This document shows, piece by piece, positions 1 to 10,440 of a stretch of DNA of 64,000 nt. A program made the position numbers and the translations under genes. Source of the DNA: Scenedesmus sp. PABB004 (Eukaryota). Below the pieces are notes generated by a model. It saw only the letters and a program-made list of their open reading frames with translations, was not told the DNA's origin and did not search any database. The DNA is taken from positions 62,001 to 126,000 of the forward strand of contig JABVCE010000020.1 of NCBI GenBank assembly GCA_014905635.1. The letters are read 5' to 3'. Numbering within the stretch: the first letter of the stretch is position 1; every line of letters begins with the position of its first letter.

Positions 1-1152
1 GAGCAAGTGCCGACCATTCCCTCCGATCACCGGGGCCAACGTCTGCTGCAACACGACGTGCGCTCTCCGGCCCATCAATGGCGCCCTGGTCAACGTCTGC
101 TGCCCCTGGAGGCCCCTCGAGGTCACCACCAGCGCGGGGACCATTCGGCGCTGCTGCAACCCCGACCAAGCCGTCATCGCCTTTGGCGGCGTGTGCTGCC
201 CCAAGAACCAGACCTGCCCGTCGCCCAACGGCGGCCTGCCGACCTGCTGCACCCAGGGCACGACCTGCCAGGCCAGCACTGGCACGTGCGTGGCCGTGGA
301 GACCCCCTGCCCCGCGCCCAACGTGCAATGCCCCTTCTTCCCCAGCCTGCAGGGCCAGGACTGCTGCCCCAAGCAAAACTGCATGCCGGTGTGGGACCCG
401 CTGCCACCGCCCGGCTCCAAGATCGGCGACGCGTGCTGCCGCAACGTGCGTGCGCTCCGCGCTGCGCCCCGCGCTGCGCCCCGCGCTGCGCCCGCGCCGG
501 CGCCCCTTGCTGCGCCCCGCGCCCCGCGCGCTTGCGCGCGGCGCTCCGCGCCCGCCGCCACACCAGCGCCCACGCTGACCCGCCCCCGCGCCCCGCCCCG
601 GCCCCGCAGGAGAGCAACGTCTGCGCGCCCTTCAAGCCCCCGCCGGGCGCGCCGCCGCAGGTCTGCTGCGCCAAGCCCGGCAGCTGCACGCCCGTGCCGA
701 ACGCCGCGGGGGCGGTGACGCGGGTCTGCTGCCCCTTCCCGGTCACCAGCTTCAACGGCATCCCTGGATGCTGCCGCAAGGGCACGCGGCCCATGCCCGA
801 CGGCACCTGCTGCCCTGCGCCGCGCTACGGCTTTGTGCCCGGCAAGGGCCCCGTCTGCTGCAAGCCGAGCCAGGCCTTTGACGCTGCGAGCGGCACCTGC
901 TGCGCCGCGGCGCGCTTCTGCCCCCCGATTCAGGGCAACGACCCCGGGACCACGCCGGCGTGCTGCCCCGTCCCCGGGCGCTGCGCGCTGTGGCCGCCGA
1001 GCCCCGCCAAGGTCCAGACGCGCGTGTGCTGTCCCAAGGCACGGCGCTGCACCGTGTCGGTCGCGCCGCTCAAGGAGGAGTGTTGCCGCGTCGAGCAGAC
1101 GTGCGTGGTCGACGCGGCCTCGGGCCTCGGGCGCTGCACCACCGCGCCCTGA
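1..1152 (+). CDS. Cysteine-rich repetitive protein, 5' end outside the window; probably extracellular or cell-wall associated
   Basis: Frame 2 is open from position 2 (SKCRPFPPITGANVCCNTTC...ACCRN). GT-AG intron 446-609, then exon 610-1152 (ESNVCAPFKPPPG...CTTAP*). Many CC/CCP units spaced 12-20 aa apart. Confidence 0.75.
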   Translation, partial: EQVPTIPSDHRGQRLLQHDVRSPAHQWRPGQRLLPLEAPRGHHQRGDHSALLQPRPSRHRLWRRVLPQEPDLPVAQRRPADLLHPGHDLPGQHWHVRGRGDPLPRAQRAMPLLPQPAGPGLLPQAKLHAGVGPAATARLQDRRRVLPQRACAPRCAPRCAPRCARAGAPCCAPRPARLRAALRARRHTSAHADPPPRPAPAPQESNVCAPFKPPPGAPPQVCCAKPGSCTPVPNAAGAVTRVCCPFPVTSFNGIPGCCRKGTRPMPDGTCCPAPRYGFVPGKGPVCCKPSQAFDAASGTCCAAARFCPPIQGNDPGTTPACCPVPGRCALWPPSPAKVQTRVCCPKARRCTVSVAPLKEECCRVEQTCVVDAASGLGRCTTAP

Positions 1153-2226
1153 CGCGCCCCCCATGCGCCGGCTCCCTGCGTTTGTGATTGATGGTCATTG
1201 AGTGATGGACCGCCTGCTCGCCCCGGCCCCGCCGAGGGCGGCGGCCTGCAGCCGTGCCCCTGCGCACGCGAGCGGAGTTGACTGAGCTGACTGAGTCCCG
1301 AGTCGTGGCTGACGTCGAGGCGCCGCCGCATGAGGCCGCTCCCTGGTTCCTGGTTGGCGCTTTGCACAGGGTCACGCAAGTTTGCTGTGCTTTTGCTGGC
1401 TGGCCCGCGCGGGCCGGCGCGCGCACGCGTGTGCGTTCGTGGCAAGTTGTGTCGGCGCAGCGGCGGCGGGGGTGAGACCGGACAAGGCGGGGGAACAAAA
1501 CGAGTCCTGGGGGGCGGGAAGGCACTCGCAGTTGCGGCTCACTGGCACCTGGTGCGAGGCTGGTGGTGTGAGGGCGGCGCCGTGCGCGCGCTCTGCCTGT
1601 GGCCCGCGATCGCACAGCCGCCCCGACCGTTTTGGTCTGCATTCAACAGGCTCGCAGCCACGCCCGGCTGCTGCGAACGCGCGGGGCGCGCAGCCCCGCG
1701 CGGGCCGAGGGGGTCCTGACCACGTCACTGGCCGCGTCACTGCACACACCTCACACCTCGCCCCACGCGCGCATGCACGCCCGGCGGTGCGCGCGCGAGA
1801 GAGGCGGTGCTGGAAAGCACGGCCGCGCCGTCCTCCCCCTTAAACGACCTGCGTCCCGCACTGACGCTTCCTGGAAGCACTTGGTGGCTGGCCGGCTGTA
1901 ACACAACACAACTCACGAGGCGCGTCTCTAGTTTAGCAGGGCTCGCGCCCTTGAGCCCTCGCGGCTCGAGCGCGCAGAGGCGCCGCCGCACCAACCGCGG
2001 CCGGCCCCCACGACCAGCACCACCCCGCACGCCGCGCCCCTCACAAGCAGCATTCCGTCGCCGCCGCGCTGCGCGCGGGCGGACAGCGCTGCAGCACGGC
2101 CGCCGCCACCGCCCGCTCGGCGCAGCCGCCGCGCCGCGCTCGCCCGCCGGTGGCGTGGCCCTGGGCCCGGGCTCGAGCGGTCGGGCGGGCCCTGCCGGGC
2201 AGCAGCGGTCCCTGCCAAACAGCACG

Positions 2227-3042
2227 ATGCTCAACGCCCTGGGAGAACGCGCGGGCCGCCTGGCCACGACGCTCATAGAGGCCGCCGCACCACTCCCACA
2301 ACCAGATGCCGCAGCGCCTCTGGAGCAGCACCAGGTGGGCGAGGGGCCTGCCACGGATTCTTTGCGCACCAACGCGCCCTGCCCCGCGCTCCAACGCGCT
2401 CACGCCGGTGCCCGACGACTGCCTCGTACCCGCGCAGGTCGGCCAGGGCCAGCAGAACACCACAAGCGGCGGCATGGGCAGCCCGGGCGGCGGGTGCGCC
2501 GTCGCAGCGCGCGCTGCTGCCGGCGCGCCGGAGCCGGCGCACGCCGCCCACCCGCTGGGCATCCCTCAGCCGCCCTGGCTTCCGCTTCTGCGCAGGCACG
2601 GCCAACACGGCGCGCGCCACGCCGACGTCTGGTCGCAGCAGTTCCATGCTGCCGCCGGCGCGGCGCCTCACGAGCAGCCGGCCGGGTTCGGGGAGCCGCC
2701 CGGTGAGCCGCAGCAGCTGGAGTCGGTGCCGCTGACGGAGCCGCCGGCGGGGGCCGACGCCGGCGCGTGGGGCCACCCGCAGCAGGCGCCGGCGTACGAG
2801 CGCCAGGCGCTTGCATACGACCAGCAGGCGGCCTCGTACGAGCAGCAGCAGTGGCTCCAGCAGCAGGCGGATGGCTACGCTGACTACCACTACGCTCAGC
2901 AGGAGCAGCAGCAGGGCTACTGGCCGCAGCCGGGCTACGACACGCAGCAGCTGCAGCAGCAGGCCGGCCACGATGCGCAGGCGAGCTGGGACCCGCAGCA
3001 GCAGCAGCAGGCGCAGCAGTGGGGCTACGCATACGACCCTGC

Positions 3043-3097
<55 letters not shown>

Positions 3098-4987
3098 GGC
3101 GCCGACCCCGCCGCGCCGCAGCGCGACGGCAGCGCGAGCGGCGGCAAGCGCCGCAGCGGCTGGCTCAGCGGCGGCGCCGTGACGGTGCTGAGCGGCGCGA
3201 CCGCGGTGGGGCGGACGTACCTCGAGCGGGCGGCCCAGATCGCAGCCAATGTGGCCGGCACGGAGGAGGTGCGTGGCCCGCTGGCTGGCTGTGTGTGTGG
3301 GGGGGGGGGGTGCGCGGCTGGCGGGACCACGCCCCGTGGGGCCCACCGCCGCCTGCCGCCGCGCGCCGCGCAGGCCGAGGCGGGCGCAGAGCTGGTGCGG
3401 CTGCGCGACCAGCTGGGCCGCCTCAAGGCGCAGCTGGTGTCGGCGGCGCAGGAGCGCGACGACGAGGTCGCGGCGCTGCAGGAGAGCCTGGCGCAGCTGA
3501 GCGCCGAGAACGACGCGCTGCGTGGTGCGGCCGGCGGCCCTGGCACGCCCTCGGCGGCGGCCGCCGGCCCACCTGCGGCGCAGCCCCCCGGCGCGCGCAC
3601 GCCGCTCAGCCTGACGACCATACCCGGCGACGCGGCGGCGGCGGTCGCGGCGGCCGTGGTGGCGAGCGCCGCGGCGGCGGCGGCCGGCGCGAGCGGCGAG
3701 GCGCTGAGCGCGCGCGAGGCGGCGCTGCGGCGGTCGTGGGGTCAGAGAGTCAAGGCCCTGGAGGCGGCGCTGGAGGCAAAGGACGCGGAGCTGGCGGCAG
3801 CGCTGGCGGGCGGCGGCAGCAGCGGCAGCGCCGGCGGCGGCAGCGGCGGCGGCGACGAGGCCGCGCAGCTGCGGCGAGAGCTGGCCGACGCCCAGGCGGC
3901 GGCGAGCGAGGCACAGCACGGCCTGGCCGAGTGCCGCGCGCAGCTGGCGGACGCGCAGGCGGCGCTGGAGGACGCGCAGGCGGGGCTGGCGGACGCGCAG
4001 GAAGAGCTGCGCGACACTGCGCAGCTGCTGCTGGACACGCAGGCCCAGTTGGCGGAGCAGCGCGCCCCGCCCCTGGCGCAGGGCGCTGCCGACGCCGCCG
4101 CGCCCGGCGGCGACGACGGCGCCACGCCCGTCGATGAGGGGGGCGCCGCGGCGCTGCGCGCACAGCTCGCAGCGGCGCAGCAGGAGCTCGCGGCGACCGC
4201 TGCGGAGCTGGCGGGGCAGCAGGCGGCCGCGGCCGAGCAGCACCGGCACCTGCAGGCGCAGCTGGCGGAGCTGGCGCAGGACGCCGCGGCCCAGGGCGCC
4301 GCCGCGGGCGCGGCAGAGGCTGCGCTGCAGCAGGAGCTGGAGGCGCTCCGCGCGCAGCTGGCGCACGCCGGCGCGGCGCCCGCGGCGCACCCTGAGCAGC
4401 AGCAGCCGCCGCACGAGGCGCAGCAGCAGGCCGACGTTGACTGGTTCAGCGCCGACCCCGCCGAGGAGCAGCTGGCCGCGGCGCGCGCCGAGGCGGCCAG
4501 CCTGAGTGGCGAGCTGGCGGCGACGCGCGCGCAGCTGGCAGAGGCGCACGCGCGGCTCGAGCAGCAGCCGGCCGCTGCTGGGCCCGAGCCGGAGCAGCAG
4601 GGCGACGTGGACTGGTTTGCCGCCGCTGCTGGCGGTGAGGGCGGCGGCGGCGGGCAGTCGGAGGCGGCCGCGCTGTGCGCCGACAACGCGCGCCTGGCGG
4701 CGGAGCTGGCGGATCTGCAGCAGCAGCTGGCGGGTGCCGCCGGCGCCGATGCGGAGCCGCTGGCGGCGCAGCTGCGGGACGAGGTCGCCGCGCTGCAGGC
4801 GCAGCTGGCGGCCAAGGCTGAGGAGGCCGGGGCGGCCCACGCCCGCCTGGCGGCGCGCGACGGCGAGGCGGGCGAGCTCGCGGCGCAGCTTGCAGCGGCG
4901 CAGGCGGCGGCGGCAGCCGACGCAGAGGCGGCCGCCGCTGCGCTGGCGGAGCGGGACGCCTTTTGGGCGCGCGAGGTGGAGCAGCTC

Positions 4988-5018
<31 letters not shown>

Positions 5019-8000
5019 CGGAGGAGGAGGGCGCACAACAGCTGGCGGCGAGCGAGCCCGCTGCTGCCGCGTCCGCCGCGCTGGCAGAGGCGCAGGCGCA
5101 GCTGGCGGCGGCGCAGGCGGCGCAGGCGGCGGCCGAGGCGTGCGCGGCCAAGCTGCTGGCAGCGGCCGGCGGCGCGCCCCCGGAGGGCGGCGGCGGCGCC
5201 GGCGGCGCCGGCAGCGCCGACAGCGACGGCAGCGGCCTGCCCGAGCGCGAGGCGGCGGCGGCCGAGAAGGAGGCGGGGCTGGCCACCTGGTACCAGCAGC
5301 TTGAGGCCTACGCCGCGCAGCTCGCGGAGCGCAAGGCCTGGCTCGCCGCGCAGCAGCAGGAGCAGCAGGCGCAGGCGGGCTCCGCCGGCGGCGCGCCGGC
5401 GGGCGCGGGCGCCGCCGACGGCGCGCTGCAGGAGCAGCTCATGGAGGCGGCCGAGGCGGCGGCGGCGGCGCAGGCGGCGCAGCGCGAGGCCGAGGCGGCG
5501 GCCGCCGCGGCGGGCGCGCACGCGGCGGAGCTGCAGGCCGCCATGGACGCCCTGGCGGCGCAGCACGCCGAGGTGCTGGCGGCCTGGCAGGCGCGGCTGG
5601 AGCAGGCCGACGCCGCCGCGCTCTCGGCGCAGCAGGCGCTCGCGGAGGCGCAGGGCCCGGGGGCCGAGGCCGTCGCGGCGGCCGCGTCGGCGGCCGCGCA
5701 GGCGGCGGTGCAGCTGCAGGAGGCGTCCGAGCGCGCGGCCGCGGCTGAGGCGGCGCTGGCGGAGGCGCAGGCCGCGGCCGCCGTCGCGCAGGGCCAGGCG
5801 GCGGGGCTGAGCCAGGAGGTCGCGGCGCTCACCGGTCAGGTGGAGGCGCTGACGAGGCAGGTTGCGGATGAGCGCGCGCAGTTTGCGGCGACCGAGGCGG
5901 AGCGCGACGCCGCGTGGCAGCAGCACGTCGAGCAGCGTGCCGCCGCGGCGGGCCAGGAGGCGGCGGCGGCCGCGTCCGCGGCGCAGGCGGAGCTGCAGGC
6001 GGCGCTGGAGGCCGCGCGTGCAGAGGCGGCGGCGGCGGCGGCGCAGCTAGCGGCGGGCCTCGCAGCGCAGGCCGGCGGCGCGCAGGGCGCCAGCGGCGAC
6101 GGCAGCGGCGTCGCTGGGGCGCACGCGGAGCTCGCGGCGGCGCGCGCCGAGCTCGGCGCGCTCCAGCTGCAGCTCGCGGCGCAGGCGGCCGAGCTCGCGG
6201 CCGCGCAGGAGGCGGTCGCGAGCGCACAGGCGGCGGCGGCGGCGGCTGCCGCCGCCGCCGCTGGCGCCGCGGGCGGCGCTGGTGGCGACGCTGCCGCGCT
6301 GAGCGTCGAGCTGGCGGGCCTCGCCGCGCAGCTGCAGCACGCGGAGGGCCAGCTGGCGGCGGTGACGGCGCAGCGCGACGCGCTCGCGGCGCAGGCGGCG
6401 GAGCAGCAGGCGTCGCTGCAGAGCCAGGGCTTTGAGGCGGCCGCGCTGGCGCACGAGGTGGAGTCTTCGTACGGCGCGCAGCTGCAGGAGGCCCAGCGCC
6501 ACGCGGCCGAGCTGGCGGCGCGGTGCGAGGGCCTGGAGGCCGAGCTGGCGCGCACGGCGGACGTCGCCGCGACGCGCGTCGCGGGGCTGCAGCAGCAGCT
6601 CGCCGCGGCGTCGTCCGCTGCGGCCGGCGCGGGGCACGAGGGCGCGGCGGCCGCTGCGGCGCTCGCGGCGGCGCACGCCAGCGTGGATGAGGCGCGGCTC
6701 GCAGCCGACCGCGCCGAGGCCGACGCGGCGGCGGCGCGGGCCGAGGCGGCGGCCGCGGGGCGGCGCGCCGCGGAGCTGCAGGACCAGCTGGCCGAGGCGC
6801 TGGCGGAGGGCCAGGCGCGCCACGACGCGGCCGGCCCCGCTGCGGCGGGCGCGGCGGCGCTCGCGGCGGCGCAGGCCGACCTCGCGGCGGCGCGCGCCGA
6901 GGCAGCCTCGGCGCGCGAGGAGGCGGACGGCCTGGCTGCTGAGCTGGAGCGCAGCCGCGCGCAGCTGGTGCGGCTGAAGCAGCAGCTGCTGGGGGAGCAG
7001 GAGGACGAGGAGGAGGCACTCGCCTGGCGCGTGGAGGCGGAGGTGGGTGGGGCCGCGCCGCGGTGATGGGCGCGCACGCTCGGCGGCGCGCGCGCTCTCC
7101 GCGCCCGCGCCCGCGCCCGCGCCCGCGCTGCGGGATCCAACCGCACGCGCCCCCGCCGGCGCGCCCGCAGGTCAAGGCGGTGCGCGAGGACGCGACGCGG
7201 CGGGAGGCGGCGCTGCAGGCCGCGCTGGAGCAGGCGCGCGCGGCGGCCGCGGCCGCCGGCGGCGACGGCGAGGGCGGCGGCGGCCTTGCGGCGCTGCTGG
7301 CGGAGCGGGAGGCGGAGCTGGAGAACCTGCAGGCCGCGCTGGGCGAGCTGAGCTATGAGGTGCGGAGGCCTCGCAGCGCTGCCACGCGCCCCGCGCCCTG
7401 CACGGCAATGCCGCCCGCGCCCTCACGCCTCGGGGGCGCCTGGCCGGGCGCCCGCCGCGCGCCGCGCGCAGGCCGAGGCCGCGGAGCGTGCGCGCGCAGA
7501 GCTGCGGGGCCTCAAGGACCAGCTGGCCGCCGCCGAGGCGCGCGTCGCCGCGGACGCGGGCGCCATGCAGGGTGCGCGCGCGCGCGCGCTGTGCGCGCGA
7601 CAGCGACGCCACGCGCGCGCGCCGCGCCGCCCGTCGCGGCCCGCCCACGTCCGGCCACGCCCGGCCACGCCCGCCGCGCAGAGCTGTCTGCGGCCCAGGC
7701 GGCCGCGGAGGCGTCCGCCGCGTCGCTGCGCGAGCAGCTGGAGGCCGCGCGCGGCCGCGCGGGGTGGCAGCCGAGGAGGCGGCGATGCTGCGCGCGTCGC
7801 TGGACAAGGTGGGGCGGCGCCCGCGCCCGCGCGCGCCGCGCCGCGCCGCGCGGGGCGGGCGGGGCGGCGCGAGACAGACGCCCGCCCTGCGCGCGCCGCG
7901 CTGCCGCGCCGCAGGCGCACGCCAGCACGGTGCCCAAGGACGAGCTGCGGCGCATGGTGCTCACCGCCCTCACCGCCAAGCCCGGCTCGCCGGCGCGCGC

Positions 8001-9194
8001 GGCGGGGCTGACCGTGGTGTGCGACGCGCTGGACATTGAGCCCGCCGACCGCGCGCGCCTGGGCCTCGGCGGCGCCGGCGGCGCGCCGCGGCGCAGCGAC
8101 GGCGGCGGGCCCGCGCCGGGCACGCCCCGCGCCGACGGCCAGGCCGAGTGGGCGAGCCCGGCCGGCGCGGCCGGCGCGGCGGGCTCGCCGCGCGGGGCAC
8201 GAGCGGGCGCCGCGCCGGCGGGCGGCGCAGCGTGCTGGGGCGGGTCGTGGGCGCGCCGTTTGCGCTCGCGCGCACGCTGTTCGTCGGCCCCGGCGGCGGC
8301 GACCGCCCCGCGCCGCCCGCGGGCGGCTCGCTCGCGGATGCGTGGGCGGGCTTCCTGCTCGAGCCGCAGCCGCCGCCCGGCGGCGACGCCGCCCGGCCAC
8401 ACACCACCACCTCGGCGCCCGCCACGCCGCTGCCGCCCGAGCCGCCCGGCGGCAGTGGCGGCGGCGGCCACGGCGGGGGCGGCTACGGCGCCGCCGCCGC
8501 CGCCACGCCCTACAGCGACGGCGCGACGCGCCACGGCCGCCCCAGCTACGCCGCGGCGCAGCCGGCCAGCCCGCTGGGGCGCGGCGCCGAGCTCGCGGCG
8601 GCTTCGGCGGCGGCGATGCAGCTCGACCTCGCCGCGGCGTCGCAGCTCGCGGCGGCGGGGCGCGCGCTCAGCGGCGAGCTGGAGGGCGCGGCTGCGGCGG
8701 CTGGCTCGCCCGCGCCGGCGGCGGCGTCGCCGGCAAGCGGCAGCGCGCTCGGCGGCGCAGCGGCAGCGACGGCAGGGGCCGGGGGCTCGTACCCTGCCTA
8801 TGGGTACGGCGGCGCCGGCTACGGCGGCGCCGGCTACGGCGGCGCCGGTTACGGCGCGGGCGCCCACAGCCCCGCCGGCCTCGGCGGCGCTGCAGCCGAC
8901 GCGCTCGGCGGTGGCGCGGGCGCGGCGGCCGGCGGCGGCAGCCTGCTGAGCGGCGGCGCCGGCCTGGGCGGCTATGGCGGCGGCGGCGCTTATGGCGCGT
9001 ATGGCGGCGGCTACGGCGGCTACGGCGGCAGCTACGGCGCCGCGCCCGTGAGCGGCGGCTACGGCGGCGGCGGCGCCGCGCCCGCGTCGTACGGCGCGTA
9101 CGGCGCCGGGGACGCCGGCGACGCGACTGCCTACACCCCCGGGCTGGCCGCGGGCCTGGGGCTGTCGTTCGGCGGCAGCACCGGGGGCAGCTGA
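2227..9194 (+). CDS. Golgin of the GC3/GC4 (GMAP-210/TRIP11-like) class: long coiled coil plus C-terminal GRAB/GA1 region
   Basis: ATG 2227 (MLNALGERAGRLA) with donor at 2335. A ~3.6 kb Ala/Gln/Glu heptad exon follows. Motifs ELERSRAQLVRLKQQLL, ELENLQAALGELSYEAEAAE, VPKDELRRMVLTAL...DALDIEPADRARLGL and VLGRVVGAPF...SLADAWAGFLLE resemble plant golgin candidate 3/4 C-termini (recalled). Needs one extra base at the G run ~7761-7764. TGTAA at 9291. Confidence 0.75.
3044..3094 (+). repeat. (CAG)17 coding polyglutamine tract in the golgin
   Basis: Direct CAG run, in frame as Q17. Confidence 0.9.
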
Positions 9195-9290
9195 CGCGCT
9201 CAGAACAATCGGCGGGGGGGGGGGGGGGGGGTCAGCGCCGGGGCGGCGGGAGGGCGGGCAGGGTGGCCATCCGTGAGGGCAGCGAACATC

Positions 9291-9295
9291 TGTAA
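9291..9295 (+). terminator. Chlorophyte-type poly(A) signal TGTAA for the golgin gene
   Basis: TGTAA lies ~100 nt after the stop at 9194. TGTAA is the established chlorophyte polyadenylation signal. Confidence 0.55.
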
Positions 9296-9416
9296 CTGAG
9301 CCCAGACCTCACGCCCGCAGACCCCAGCCCGCCCGCTGCGAGCGAGCGAGCGAGCGAGCGAGCGCCGCGGTCTCCGCAGCGAGCAGACGTCTGCTCGCGC
9401 GAACGCCGCTCGAGCC

Positions 9417-9874
9417 ATGGCGCACGTTTACGCCTCCAGCCAGCCCTCGCACGGGGCCGGGCCCCCCACGGGGCAGCGGGAGGCGATGGCCGGCTTCGCG
9501 TTCTCCGCGGTGCGCCGACCGCAACAGCAGCGCCGCGGCACCGCCGGGGGCCGGGCGCTCCCGGAAGACGGCGGGGCCGCTGAAGAAAGTGTCGGTGGCC
9601 CCAACTCACGCGCGCCACGTGGGCGCCGGCGCTCGCAGGAGACGCAGGACCTGCTCCAGAAGCTGCTCGCGGACCTGTTCCAGGAGCGCCCCGCGGACGC
9701 CGTGGCCTACTGCATCTCCTGGCTGACCGCCGAGCAGCGCCGGCGACAGGTGCGGGGCGTGCGGGGGTGCGTGGCGGCTGCGGGCGCGCCGCGCTTGACC
9801 GAGGCGCTGACGTGCGCGCCGCGCGGCCGCAGGAGGCCGCGGCGGAGGGCGGCGGCGCGCGCGTGGCCAGCTAG
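9417..9874 (+). CDS. Small (81 aa) protein with an RIIa/Dpy-30-like dimerization/docking (D/D) domain
   Basis: Exons 9417-9509, 9639-9749 and 9833-9874, all phase 0 with GT-AG introns. Core ETQDLLQKLLADLFQERPADAVAYCISWL fits the D/D helix-RP-D-helix pattern. Confidence 0.6.
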
Positions 9875-10440
9875 CGTCTCTCGTTCCTAGAAATTATTAC
9901 CCCGCACGTACGCGCGCGCGAGCCGTGCCCGACGGACATCCGCGCGCACGTGCTGCTGCTGTCGGTGTGAAGTGCGGGAGTGCCGTCCGACTGACAGTGA
10001 GGGAACCAGCGCGCACGCGCGCGGCGCCCCGTCCACACCGGGGCCCGCGGCGGCCGCCGTCGCTGCCGAAACCAACCATGCGTGCGCGCGCTCAGCCACG
10101 CGCCTAGGGGCGCGCGGCGGCGCCGCGCCGGGCGATCATATGCTGCGCATGGCCGCAGCGCAGGGTTGTGCGCCGCGGCGCGGCGCCCCGCCGCCCGGGA
10201 AACAAGCAAAACCCCGAAGTGTGAAGCGGCCAGCCGACGTCCCGCAGTGCCGCCTTGCTGCTGCCCTGCTGCCTGGCTGCAAAAAGTGATGGCTGCCGCA
10301 GCTTGCGTGGTGTCTGGTGCCCCCGGGGGCGCGCCGCGAGGGCGCGCCGCCCACGCTGCCCCCCGTGCCCAGCGCGCGCGCGCCGTCCGAACGAACCATC
10401 CGGAACCATTCGCGCCGCCGCCGCCGGCGCAGCCGGCGCG

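Noticed and set aside
2273..5926. 1217-aa minus-strand ORF and many other long Arg/Ala/Pro-rich ORFs
   Set aside because: These are antisense or off-frame shadows of GC-rich coding sequence. Stop codons are rare at this GC content and no domain motifs are present.
8148..8230. Apparent frameshift in the golgin GRAB region
   Set aside because: A plausible 83-nt GT-AG intron (8148-8230) restores the frame.
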